64,000 nt of DNA from Obrimoposthia wandeli (GCA_977020255.1 CDROCS010005173.1:124001-188000), one strand, 5' to 3'; counted from the first letter of the stretch, positions 27,349-37,955 are shown. The notes: generated by a model not told the origin, from the letters alone. Made by a program: numbers and translations.

Positions 27349-27678
27349 ATGGAATTTATTAAATTGCAAAGTTTGGTGACGAAGATCGAGACAAACATAA
27401 GAATAAATGAGAAGAAAGGAGACTTACGAAAGAGGATCCTCAACCAGAATTTATATACTGCTGTCGCGACCGAGTGGAATCGTCGGGTGGAGATTCAGGA
27501 CAGGCGGCTAGCAGAACGATGTCGGGTTGTGGAGTGGAACAAGAAAATCGAAATAGAAAAAAAGAAGGTGGAGGAAAAAAGAAGAGAAGAGACGGAGGAT
27601 GTTCGGCGAGCAGCAAGAAAGCGAACGCTCCAGATTAAACCAGAAGAGGGTCCTTCAATAAAAAAATTAATTTTATAG
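27349..27678 (+). CDS. Polinton accessory protein, 109 aa, charged/coiled-coil
   Basis: Intact ATG ORF with coding-like composition in AT-rich surroundings; C-terminal basic NLS-like ARKRTL and IKKL. Confidence 0.6.
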   Translation: MEFIKLQSLVTKIETNIRINEKKGDLRKRILNQNLYTAVATEWNRRVEIQDRRLAERCRVVEWNKKIEIEKKKVEEKRREETEDVRRAARKRTLQIKPEEGPSIKKLIL

Positions 27679-27818
27679 ATTATTATTTTGTCTTTATTGA
27701 TTATGTTATAAATTGTCTAAATATTAAATTGTCTAAATACTACCTCGTCATTTTAATAAATTTTTGATTAATAGTTTTTCATTATAAACAACGGGATTTG
27801 CTACAAATTTGGGTAATT

Positions 27819-28263
27819 ATGCAGGAATATATCATAGATTTTATGTATTATAGATGTATGCGACGTTATTCATCCTTTGCATTTCATATTTCATATAGAT
27901 ATCCCATTTAAAAGTTTAGATTATAAGAAAAAATTTACTAATTTATATCTAACTAAATATTTCCATTTATTAAAATGGAAAGAAGAACATAAGGCTTTTT
28001 GTGAAATATGTATTTTCGATACTATTAAATCTAGTTTTGAAATTGAAAATGGAATTTTCTATGTTTTAGATGACATGGATGGCAAAAAATATAAGACTTT
28101 AAAAAAATATTTTCCTAAATTGAGGTTGAATACTTTAAATATTTCACGTGATCATCTATTAAAAATCCCACAAAATATTTCCTGTCCATATCGTAATCAT
28201 GGTGACCATTGCGCATATAAAAAATGTTTAAGTCTTTCTTATTATTACTTGACATGTAGATAA
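27819..28263 (+). CDS. Polinton accessory protein with C-terminal CxxxxH..C motif, possibly DEDD-exonuclease-like (frameshift near 5' end)
   Basis: MQEYIID from ATG 27819 then ORF 27877 (TNLYLTKYFHLLKW ... SCPYRNHGDHCAYKKC). The pattern recalls a family seen in invertebrate Polintons (recollection only). Confidence 0.45.
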
Positions 28264-28547
28264 ACAATTCTTCTAATTGGAGGAATTCATTATTAAAATT
28301 TTACAATTATTTACAAATAAGCCTTTTGATTGGAGGAATAAATTTTTTTTCAACCTATAATATATGAATAATCCTTCTCTTTAATTGGAAGAATAAAATT
28401 ATTTTTTCAACCTATAATAGATAAACAATCCTTCTCAGTGGAGGAATAAATTAAATTTTTTAATCCAATAGGAAAAGAGCATGTGTGCATAAATTTTAGC
28501 ATATAAGCAAACACTTTCTTCATTTAAATCCCCGACAATTTGAAATA

Positions 28548-31500
28548 ATGCCTATGGTAAGAATTTATTTTTATTATTTCCTTATTAATATTTATTATTT
28601 CAGATTACGTGTAACCTATTCCCTGCGTATTGCGGTGCTTCGGCTCCGCATGGAGGAGAGTCCTGCATGGAGACAATGTCTGCATACTACCGGACAAAGT
28701 CTCAAGGTGTTCTGTTCTTCGTCTGCCCCTTCTGCAGAACAATGGAGGAGAAGGAGTTTCGAGAATTCTTCTGTGAACATCGAGCTCACCTATCGTGTTT
28801 CACGGCCAACAACAAGAAGAGGGATATCGTCCAATTGGTGCGCGATTCGCAGGCCGCTCCAGCTCCACCTCCAATTCCAGTGGCAGTCAGTCTACCAGTT
28901 TATGGTCCTGCCATTGGTCCTTCTCTCCCGGCTCCTGATTCTGCTGCTGCCCCATCCACTCAAATGTCTAACAATGAGTGGATGAACGACATCTCCGAGG
29001 AAGATTTTGAGGAGTTGGCACCAATAACCCAATTCTCAAACAATGACTGGATGCGAAATATCACCCAGTCAGATTTCGAGATGGAGCAGCCTCAGTGGAG
29101 CGTTAACTCATGGTTGGAGACCATCGAGGAATCTGATTTCGTCGAGTCAACGGACGACAGCTGGATGGATTCCATCAATGAAGAGGACTTCATTCCAGCT
29201 CAACTTGGATTGTCATCATTAGGTATTTTTTTTAATTTTTTTGTAAATAGTAATTATATAATTTATTTTTTAATATATATATTTTATTTTTATTTTTTAT
29301 TCAGGAAATACCGTTCTACAATCGTCATCTGCTACAACAGATATGCCTCCACCATCGCGAGTGCCTACATCGATGTTAGGACGCCTTAGAGGTAATAATT
29401 TTTAAAAATATATTTATTTTTTAATATATTTATTTCAGCAGCACTAACCTCTACAACAGCCGCTTCTTCATCGGCAAGGTCAGCGGTCCCTTCAACATCA
29501 GCTACAGTTGCCTCAACATCGGCAGCATCAACAATAGCAGCAGCTTTCACATCAGCTGCAATTGCCTCAACATCGGCAGCATCACCAATAGCAGCACCTT
29601 CAACCTCAGCTGCGATTGTCGCAACTATTAATATAAATAGTTGTCTTCCCGTTCAATTAGGGGAAGGTTTGTCAGCGACAAACGGAAAAAAGAGGCGAGG
29701 CCAATTTCTTAATAAGGTCCTACCCAAAAAACGTAGAGAAAACGGTGCTACTATAGAGTATCACCTAAATAATAAATATGTTATAGTTAAGGTTCCATTA
29801 GGAAATGAAATTTTATTAAACGTAGGTGTAGATTCAAATATTGAAAATCTTTTAAAATCAGAAGTGACTAAATTAGGACAGGCTAAGGTTCAATTTTGCG
29901 CAACAGTGCAGTTTAAAAATGTCAATGAGGAAACTAAAACTTGGGTAATTTCACATAAAGCAACTGTTTTTTATGATAATTTTGTAACTGAAATTGGAAG
30001 AAACCTGGATGAAAAAATTGCTAATTATAGCGAGTTAAGTAGTGGATGGACTCTAGTTAGAATTCACGATGTTAGCTTTGTTCTAACAAAGTTCACTGAC
30101 ATGATATATCTTTCGGGGAGTTCATACATTCCTTCACCTAGATCTCTTCAACTTTCACGTTCCATTGTTAACGTACAAAACAGTGATAACCTTTGCTTTC
30201 TGTATAGTGTGTTGGCCATCCTCAAAAGGGATGTAATTACTGAGCATAGAGAGCGTGTCAGTAAATATACCCCTTTTTAAATGAATTGCAGTATCATGGA
30301 ATAGATTTTCCTGTTAAATTAACTGCTATATCAAGATTTGAACATCTTAATAACTTGAGTATTAATGTATTCAAATATAATACTGATATCCCAGTTAATG
30401 TAACATATGAAGAAATTTTTAAAAATCCTTTTGTAGATGTAATTTATAGGAGTAAAAATGAGGGGACTCAGGTCAACTTAATTTTCCTCGAACATAATAA
30501 AAAATTCCATTATGCTGCAATTCCCAATTTAGATCGTCTTCTAAATTTAGATAATGGAGCCTTACCGGTTAGGATAAGGTGTAAGTGGTGTCATAGATGT
30601 TTGCATGGGTTCCGATCCGAGCTCTCTTACAGCAAACATCTGACATTATGTTCACTGAATCCTGATGACAATACGCTATATAGCATGCCTAAGGATAAGG
30701 ATTTAAAATTCAGGGATTGGGCAAAATGCATACCCGTGGAATTCAGGGTGTATGCAGATTTTGAGTCAATTTTAGCATTGCACGACCAGTATGAGAGTAT
30801 TCACCTACCGGCTTCGGCAGGACTACTATTCTTAGGCCCCAATATTACCCAGTATCATAAATTTTCCGGTCCAAATTGTATTTTAGATTTTATGTTAAAA
30901 TTAGAGGAATTAGGAACAACAATTGTCAAACCGTGGTATGATATCAATGCTCATCAAGCAATGATCATGACAGGCATAGACTGGGTTAATTTTAATTCTT
31001 GTAGATTATGTTATTTGTGTGGAACCCAGTCTAAGTTAGTCAGAGATCACGATCATGTTATGGGGCAATACTTGCGAGCGGCGTGCAACCTTTGTAACCT
31101 TGGCCGTCGTCTCCCTAAAAAACCACGCATTCCCATCGTGTTTCATAACCTCAAAGGATATGATTTGCATCATATACTTAAATACGCGTTGGGTACATTA
31201 AGCTCTTGGGAAATTTCATGTATACCTCAAATTTCAGAGAAATATTTATCTTTAACTGCATATACTGAATTCTGCAGTTTAAGATTCATAGATTCTCTGC
31301 AGTTTTTGAGCGGGTCTTAAAAAAAATTTAACGGATTCTTTAAATGCATGGCCAATTACACAGTCAGTGTTCCCAGCTTCGGTTAACGATAAGGGGATTT
31401 TTCCGTATAAATTTGCGAAAACTTTCGCAGATTTAGAAAATACAACTGAAATCCCACACATAACTGAATTTGAGTGTGTAAGTCTTCAAGACTATAATGA

Positions 31501-33043
31501 GGCCCGTACATTTTGGGTGAATAATTGTCAAAATCTTCTCGAATATATGCTTTATTATATGAAGTTAGACATTTATCTTTTAGCTGATGCTTTTGAGTCC
31601 TTTCGTGTAAAGTCTTTAGCAGAAGATGGGCTAGATCCCATGCATTTCTTTAGTTTACCTGGTCTTTCATGGGCAACAGCAATAAAAACTCTTAAAATTA
31701 ATATCGAGTTACTGCAAGATCCCGCGATGTATCAAATGTATGATTATGGTATACGCGGTGGAATGACTTTTGTCAACAAACATCATGTTGTCAAAAATCA
31801 ATCCACGGAGATTCTGTACATCGATATTAATAATTTGTATGGGTGGGCGCTTACTCAACCTCTACCTCATGCCAACTTTAAGTGGGTTTATGATGTAGAT
31901 CAATTGAATAAGTTGATGATAGATTTGGCTACTGTTGAAACAGTTTCATCCGACGTCGATTATTTGGTTGAGGTAGACATAAAAATCCCTCCCAATGTGC
32001 ATGATAAATTAGATGATCTTCCAGTAGCGCCTGTTCATCAATGTCCACCTAATTCAAAGGTTAAGAAATTATTGTTAACCCATGAAGACAAGTTGAATTA
32101 TGTTGTGCATTGGTGGCTTCTTCAATTCTACTTAAAGTTGGGAGCGAAAGTTACTCGAATTCATCGTGCTATAAGCTTAAGTCAAAACTTTGTGTTTAAA
32201 GACTATATTGAGAAGAATTCAAGAAAACGTAATTTGGCCACTAGCAAATTCGATCGAGATTTTTACAAGTTAAAAAGTAATAGTCTCTTTGGAAAAACTG
32301 TAGAGGACTTGCCGAAACGTATTTGTCTACGGTTTTGCAATGATGAGCGTAAACTAATAACATATACTAGCAAGTACAACTTCAAGCGTAGTTTTACAAT
32401 TGCAGATGACTTGGTAGCAGTGTTATTAGGAAAACAGAGTATTTGTCTCGATCGACCGAGTTATATAGGTCAAACGGTTTTAGACATTTCTAAACTCAGA
32501 ATGTATGAGCTTCAAAACATAGAATTGGAGAAATACCGACAAGAATTTAATTGTGAGATTAAAATCGCAGCTGGGGACACTGACTCTTTCTTTTTAGAAT
32601 GTAGGAATATCAGTTTAAATAATCAATTATTACCAGCAATGTTTAGGGACAACTTACTAGATACCCATAAATATCCCGCTAACCATCCTCTACACTCTAT
32701 GAGTTTAAAGGACATTATCGGGAAATTTAAGGATGAAAGCGAGGGACAGGTTTCGTATGATAATTGTATTTTCCTACGCCCTAAATGCTACAGTTTACAT
32801 GCATCTAATAATACATGTTCAATGAGAGCAAAGGGTGTGGGAAGAAACAATCTTACACATGAGGCCTACCGGAAAGTTTATGATACTGGGTGTATTGAAA
32901 GCGTTCAGCAAACTAGATTTATTTCAAGAGCCCATCAACTGTATTCCCATAAATGAACCAAAATAGCTTTGAGTAGTAATGACGACAAGCGCTTTTGGGT
33001 AGAAAAGAACGCTAACCTGGCTTATGGACACTTCAGAATTTAA
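28548..33043 (+). CDS. polB: Protein-primed family B DNA polymerase (pPolB), spliced, with 2 frameshifts and 1 in-frame stop
   Basis: Exons 28548-28556, 28604-29222, 29305-29391 and 29439-33043. Motifs: YADFES (ExoI), FHNLKGYD (ExoII), YMKLDI (ExoIII), YIDINNLYG (A), KLKSNSLFGK (B), GDTDS (C), FLRPKCY, RAKGV, and the C-terminal ALSSNDDKR...YGHFRI. EndoVII-like CYLC..RDHDH..ACNLCN insert. Lesions at ~30275, ~31320 and TGA 32954-32956. Confidence 0.95.
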
Positions 33044-33317
33044 ACGGTTTTCATTCTTTGATTTTTTAGTTTAGTTTTTTTTAAATTTTAGATCCTTCTG
33101 GAACTTAGACTCTAACTTATTTGTTATTTCAATACTTTTTTAGGATGGACCTTATTTATTATGCCTTATCTTTGCTGACATATCTCATTTTGATGTTGTG
33201 ATTAATAAATGTATTAAAAAAATTGTCTTATGTCTTTTATTATTTTATCCTTATATTTTTAGAGATTTAAAAAATAATTCAAAATAAAACATTTAAAATT
33301 TTTATTTTTATAACACA

Positions 33318-33698
33318 CTAATCGTTTTGCAACGATAACCATAAAATACATAAATGTCCACAGTTTCTCGTCGCAGGATCCTGATATTGTATCTTGTTGT
33401 AAAATACTCTTCTTCGTCCTTTTTGAATAGTTGAAACAAGTTTGTGTGGATAATACATTGCAAGTGGATCAAATACATGTATTGTCCACTCTCTAACATA
33501 AATAGCTATCCAATGTTCTCCTGGTAAATTCGAAGTATGAGTATTGATAATGTAACCTCCAGATTGAAAAAATGGAATCATATCAATAGTATAAACTCCA
33601 TTGAATTTATCACCCAGGACCTTCTCAACTGATTCTTTTACTTGTTTTGAACTAAATAAAAATTAATAAATATAAATTTAAAAAATATCTTACTCCAT
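33318..33698 (-). CDS. Adenain-type maturation cysteine protease (spliced)
   Basis: NTHTSNLPGEHWIAI, FDPL and QYQDPATRNCGHLC give the H/D/Q/C catalytic set. Exon 1 (ATG GA, 33698-33694) joins exon 2 at 33651 across a 42-nt GT-AG intron, giving MDSKQV...FNGVYTIDMIP. Confidence 0.9.
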
Positions 33699-33699
33699 T

Positions 33700-34929
33700 C
33701 TATAATATGACAGTTCTGTTTTTATTGATTTGTATTTCCGAATCAAATACTCCGTAAATAAGCACCGTAGTAGGATTTGTTAAAGCTGCATTGAACTTAA
33801 TTTCTAGTCGTAAATTTCCATCCTTTGGTAGTTGGCATTGGTTTATATCAAAGTCTGGTGCCAAAACAAATGTGAAGAACGGGCAGCTGTTTTTAAAGTC
33901 AGTGAAAGAAATACCATTGTTTATATTTTTATCTAGTTGACCTAAATTCAGAATAATAGATTGGGTATAAGCCAAAGCATAAGCGTTACCTTCGAAATCT
34001 GTTTTATATGTTTCACGATAATCAGTATTTCTTGAGAGTGTCACTGAACCAACATTAAGATTGTCAAATTGAGTTGCATCTGTCGTATAATTTCCTAGAA
34101 ACTTTGCAGTTTTTTGAAAAGAAATTAAAATGAATTTCGGTAATCTTACATCACCAAAAATTTGATCCTTATTAAAAGCTTGTGTACCCGTAGCTAAAGA
34201 ATAAGATATAAGTTTAGTTTCTCTAATAGGATAACAAGCATTGTTTTTTTCCATTCCTATATTATGTGCCATTAAAACTGATTGCTCGGTTTTAACTCTT
34301 CGAACATACGATTTTGCATCCAAAATATCAAGTCTAGGTTTTAGAATGTCCGTGCTTATCAAAGAAAAATTCCATTTATTACGTTTCAAACGAAGATGTA
34401 CATTAACACCGGGAATTAAATATTTCGGTTGTTCAAAGAAATTCAATCTCAAAGACCCACACATTTCGTAAGCTTTAGAACCTGCAATCCATTCTTTGCG
34501 AGTTGCATCAGTTTTATCATAACCAATGGTTGCCAAATTAGTATTTTGAGTATCAGTACTATAATTCAAAAGACTTTCAATCAAAGCTTTATGAGCATAG
34601 GAAGAATTTCCACCTTCAATTTTGACATTATTAAGAGTAACAATGGGATCATTAAATAAAGAATAAAATAGATAATTTACAGGTGTTACATCTGCATTTT
34701 CATCTAAATTAGTACCATCCCGATTTAATACTTTTATTTGAACATAAAGCAAAGTATCATTCAAATCTAAATACTCGCTATTGGAACCATTAATATTAAA
34801 TTCTAAATCGGTTAAAGTGGTTCCTGAAACTGAGTTAACTAGGAATATTTCTTCAAAGGAAGCATTATCTACAACTACTTGTGGAAGCGGTTTATCAAAA
34901 ATACACAATTCTGTTTTGGCGCAACTTAT
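33700..34929 (-). CDS. Major capsid protein (double jelly-roll, PY/hexon-like)
   Basis: CAKTELCIF, LEFNINGS.SEYLDLNDTLLYV, PVNYLFYSLF, IESLLNY, FFEQPKYLIPGV and FVLAPD...DGNLRLEIKF match Polinton MCP motifs. The expected start codon reads ATA at 34929. Confidence 0.88.
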   Translation of the reverse strand: MSCAKTELCIFDKPLPQVVVDNASFEEIFLVNSVSGTTLTDLEFNINGSNSEYLDLNDTLLYVQIKVLNRDGTNLDENADVTPVNYLFYSLFNDPIVTLNNVKIEGGNSSYAHKALIESLLNYSTDTQNTNLATIGYDKTDATRKEWIAGSKAYEMCGSLRLNFFEQPKYLIPGVNVHLRLKRNKWNFSLISTDILKPRLDILDAKSYVRRVKTEQSVLMAHNIGMEKNNACYPIRETKLISYSLATGTQAFNKDQIFGDVRLPKFILISFQKTAKFLGNYTTDATQFDNLNVGSVTLSRNTDYRETYKTDFEGNAYALAYTQSIILNLGQLDKNINNGISFTDFKNSCPFFTFVLAPDFDINQCQLPKDGNLRLEIKFNAALTNPTTVLIYGVFDSEIQINKNRTVIL

Positions 34930-35303
34930 TTTGCAAATATTGTTCCTTCAACTTTCTTACGTTTGTTTATATTAATTTTTAGCTTCTTTTTACTTTTAAA
35001 TCCACTACCTCCTTGGCTTTTATTTGATTTACGTTTTCTAATCAAATTAGCAACTTCAGGTAAAACATTATCAAGTTCATCAAGCGCATGCTTCTTAAAA
35101 GTTGGTATTAGTTTATTGTCATTAGATGAAAGGTAATCCTTTCCTAATTTTGATATAAATCGCCCGAGTCTCTTTAAAAGAGGAAAGGCAAATCTACCTA
35201 ATGTTCTAAGCCAGCCAGATCCGTATTGTTTACCAACAAAATATGGTAATTCTCCACCTCGTTGGCTTTGACTATAAGCTTCAATTATTGCTGGATTCGC
35301 CAT
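34926..35303 (-). CDS. Small basic Polinton structural/core protein with protease-type GG/GSG sites and amphipathic helix
   Basis: QSQRGG-ELPYFVGKQYGSG-WLRTLGRFAFPLLKRLGRF with a K/R-rich tail; sits between the capsid genes. Confidence 0.75.
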   Translation of the reverse strand: MANPAIIEAYSQSQRGGELPYFVGKQYGSGWLRTLGRFAFPLLKRLGRFISKLGKDYLSSNDNKLIPTFKKHALDELDNVLPEVANLIRKRKSNKSQGGSGFKSKKKLKININKRKKVEGTIFAK

Positions 35304-36338
35304 TTTGTTTTCTTAAATGTATTGTTAAACTTGTCTTGGCCCCGTACGTGAAATCTATTAGTTGTCCGGAATCATCTCTAATATTTACTTCAATATTGTT
35401 TATAGAAAAGAGAGAAACTGGAAGATACATTGTTGATCTATACACATACCGACAGTATCCCCATCTCTAGTTTCATTTTTAGATATCCATATTGTTCTCA
35501 AAAGTGGAACTCGCTGTCCTCCTACAAGCGTTGGTTCTATTAAATTAGTATAAATACATAAATGATTAACAGCATTTAAAAGTTTTGCCTTATTTTTAGC
35601 TTTTATGGTTTTTATTATATGGGTTTCAAAGGTATTTCTGTTTAAACCAAGGTTTTTAGCGAGTTTATCATCAAATGAAACTCGTTTTATATTGCTCTTT
35701 ACTGTAAACGTTAATTTACCATTTAATGTTTCACATTTATCCAAATATTCACTATATTCCTTCTGTATTAATTTACAGAAATTCACTTCACTATCTATTT
35801 TATAATCTTTTGAAAACGTTTTCAGTTCCACTACAGTCTTTGGTCTCGTTTCAAGTAACAACACTTTTGCTACTCTACCAGTAACATTTCTAACCGAATT
35901 AGATGAGATAATAACCCGTTTATAACGAGCTACTGTTTGTTCACTATCAAAACTGAATTGAAGAGCTTCTTTTTTAGATTCAAAATTAATTTTAATAACT
36001 TGAAGAAATTTTAATCGATTTTTAAATCTGACTTTGTTATTTTCAAATATTACTTTCACTTCTTTATCTATACAATTGTAATAGAATTGTCCTTTACTAT
36101 CAAACCCGATCACAACTTCAGTTGTTTTTTCTTGATCAACTTCTTTTGTAAACGAAATATGTGAGTTTTTTTTGATAGTAATTGGAGAATAATAAAAAGA
36201 AAATTCTGTTAAAGCCGCTTCCCATTCTCCTTGGAGATTTATAGAATTTTCCCAATCGATAATAAAGCTACTAGCGTCATTATCTGGTTGAGTTTTCGGA
36301 CATCCGTTACTTGGTAAAACCATATACATAGAATTCAT
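35281..36338 (-). CDS. Minor capsid protein (penton/PX-like), frameshifted near 3' end
   Basis: N-terminal YMVLPSN...PDNDASSF...L.GEWEAALTEFS; C-terminal IYTNLIEPTLVGGQRVPLLRTI. The conserved tail NIEVNIRDDSG...HLRK is in another frame ending TGA at 35281. Confidence 0.85.
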
Positions 36339-37417
36339 ATTATATTAGATGCTGATATCCAAGTTGGGTCTGAATAACCATGCCATTTAACAAAGTATTG
36401 TTTATGTTTACCTGTACCCTTAGATTTTAATATTTTTTGAATACGGAAAACGCTAGGTTTATTTGATATTACTTGTAGTTCTTGCTCGTAAAATTTACCG
36501 TGAACGATATTATTGTCAGCATTTTTAATAGTATACATTATTGGATTACTCTTTTGATCAATTTTACTTATACAAAATATTTCATCGCTCCAATTCTGAT
36601 CAAGGTTTTTAATAAATGGAGTAGAGCTAATTTTCGAAATTCGGACATAATTGTTTTTCTTATATTTAGCTTTTTTAATATTTTCTTTTTTATTCCTGAT
36701 CATCCAAATATCTATAGAATTTTTATTAGTAACATCAACAGGTCTCATTCCCATGAGACCTCTATGTTCCGAGTGATTATAGGCATGTATTATTTTAGGT
36801 AAAACTTGGATCCATTTTTTATTTTCTTCTTTTGTGAAATACGTTTTTATTCGATCTCTTAGAGTACGATTAAATCTTTCTACTACTGCTGCTTTGTATT
36901 GTGAAAACACAGAGTAATGATTTATATTATTTTGTTTAAATAATGATTGAACTTGCTTATTATAAAATTCTTTTCCTAAATCAGTTTGCACATTTTGTGG
37001 AATGTCCTCTTTTAATATTTCTTTAATGGCTTCAAGCATAGCTATTGAAGACTTTGCTTTAACTGGAATTGCACAAGCAAACCTGCTAAATACATCAATA
37101 CATGTAAAAATATATCGATATCCCTTATTAATGGAAGAATATGGGATCATCTCCATCAAATCCATTTGCCATAAATTATTAGGACCGCTGGTTTTGTAAG
37201 CTCTAGTTGGAAACCTTCTTCTCATCGGCTTGTTCAGACTGTAGGCTAACTGGTCGCTCAGCCATTTCTGCGTTTTCTTGTAATTTTGTTTTGTTCTTTT
37301 TGCTAATTTTGAAACTCCTGTGTAGCCAATTGGATCTTTTGGATTGAACCATATCTTCTCCATTACAACAATTTGAATAGAAAGAAAATTTAAGTTTAGG
37401 TAAAGAAGGTCTAGCAC
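36335..37417 (-). CDS. int: Retroviral-like DDE integrase with C-terminal chromodomain (first ATG at 37363)
   Basis: WQMDL, CIDVFSRFA, VQTDLGKEF, KAAVVERFNRTL, YNHSEH, NWSDEIF; chromodomain YFVKWHGYSDPTWI; intact ORF. Confidence 0.95.
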   Translation of the reverse strand: MLDLLYLNLNFLSIQIVVMEKIWFNPKDPIGYTGVSKLAKRTKQNYKKTQKWLSDQLAYSLNKPMRRRFPTRAYKTSGPNNLWQMDLMEMIPYSSINKGYRYIFTCIDVFSRFACAIPVKAKSSIAMLEAIKEILKEDIPQNVQTDLGKEFYNKQVQSLFKQNNINHYSVFSQYKAAVVERFNRTLRDRIKTYFTKEENKKWIQVLPKIIHAYNHSEHRGLMGMRPVDVTNKNSIDIWMIRNKKENIKKAKYKKNNYVRISKISSTPFIKNLDQNWSDEIFCISKIDQKSNPIMYTIKNADNNIVHGKFYEQELQVISNKPSVFRIQKILKSKGTGKHKQYFVKWHGYSDPTWISASNII

Positions 37418-37421
37418 CCAT
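37203..37421 (-). CDS. Putative 72-aa overprinted ORF with N-myristoylation consensus, overlapping the integrase 5' end
   Basis: MGARPS...NCCN in a strong Kozak context. The same length and frame are retained in copy 2 (MGANTS, 54818-55036). Confidence 0.45.
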   Translation of the reverse strand: MGARPSLPKLKFSFYSNCCNGEDMVQSKRSNWLHRSFKISKKNKTKLQENAEMAERPVSLQSEQADEKKVSN

Positions 37422-37449
37422 ATCTTTAGCTGATTTTAGAAATAATTGT

Positions 37450-37778
37450 TTATGAACGTGTCGCAGCTATAATACTACTGATACTTGAAGCAACAACTGG
37501 AATAACAGCCCCTATGAAACCACCATTCTGTTTAAGAATAATATTTCGTTTCCTTTTTTACTTTTTACATTAGCAATATTTAGAAGAGTTTTTCTATATT
37601 TCTTTAATATATTTTTCCGATTTCCAACTTTTACTCGACCCAAAACTATATTATACAAAACTTCCAATAAATCATCTACAACAAAGGATGGAAATGCTTT
37701 AAGAATAATCATTCTCTTATTAGAAGAGGCTTTGACTAAAGCTTTAAAATAGGGTATGCTTCTTTGTATTTTCTTCAT
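37450..37778 (-). CDS. Small conserved Polinton protein ending in a GG-F amphipathic peptide (frameshift in A-run)
   Basis: DDLLEVLYNIVLGRV...KKYRKTLL.IA...IILKQNGGFIGAVIPVVASIISSII. The tail is in a second frame here and contiguous with the middle part in copy 2. Confidence 0.7.
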
Positions 37779-37955
37779 TTTAATAAAAAGGGTTTAATTT
37801 AAATATTGTTTATATTCGAAGCCATTTAAGTTTTTTTTTATTTTTAACTACAGATTTGATTAATTTTTTCACTACTTTTTACTTAATGATTTTTTTTTGA
37901 TTTCTTAGATTTTACTTTACGTTTTACTATCAACTTTGTAAAAGGCATTGCGAAT

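Noticed and set aside
32954-32956. In-frame TGA in pPolB as evidence of readthrough or an alternative genetic code
   Set aside because: TGA terminates the host RhoGAP gene and the integrase normally, and other nonsense changes occur in these copies, so mutation is the simpler explanation.
36482-36802. Antisense ORFs inside the integrase, ATPase and capsid genes (also 54097, 37002, 38254, 34241)
   Set aside because: Shadow ORFs of the real minus-strand genes with no recognisable motifs.
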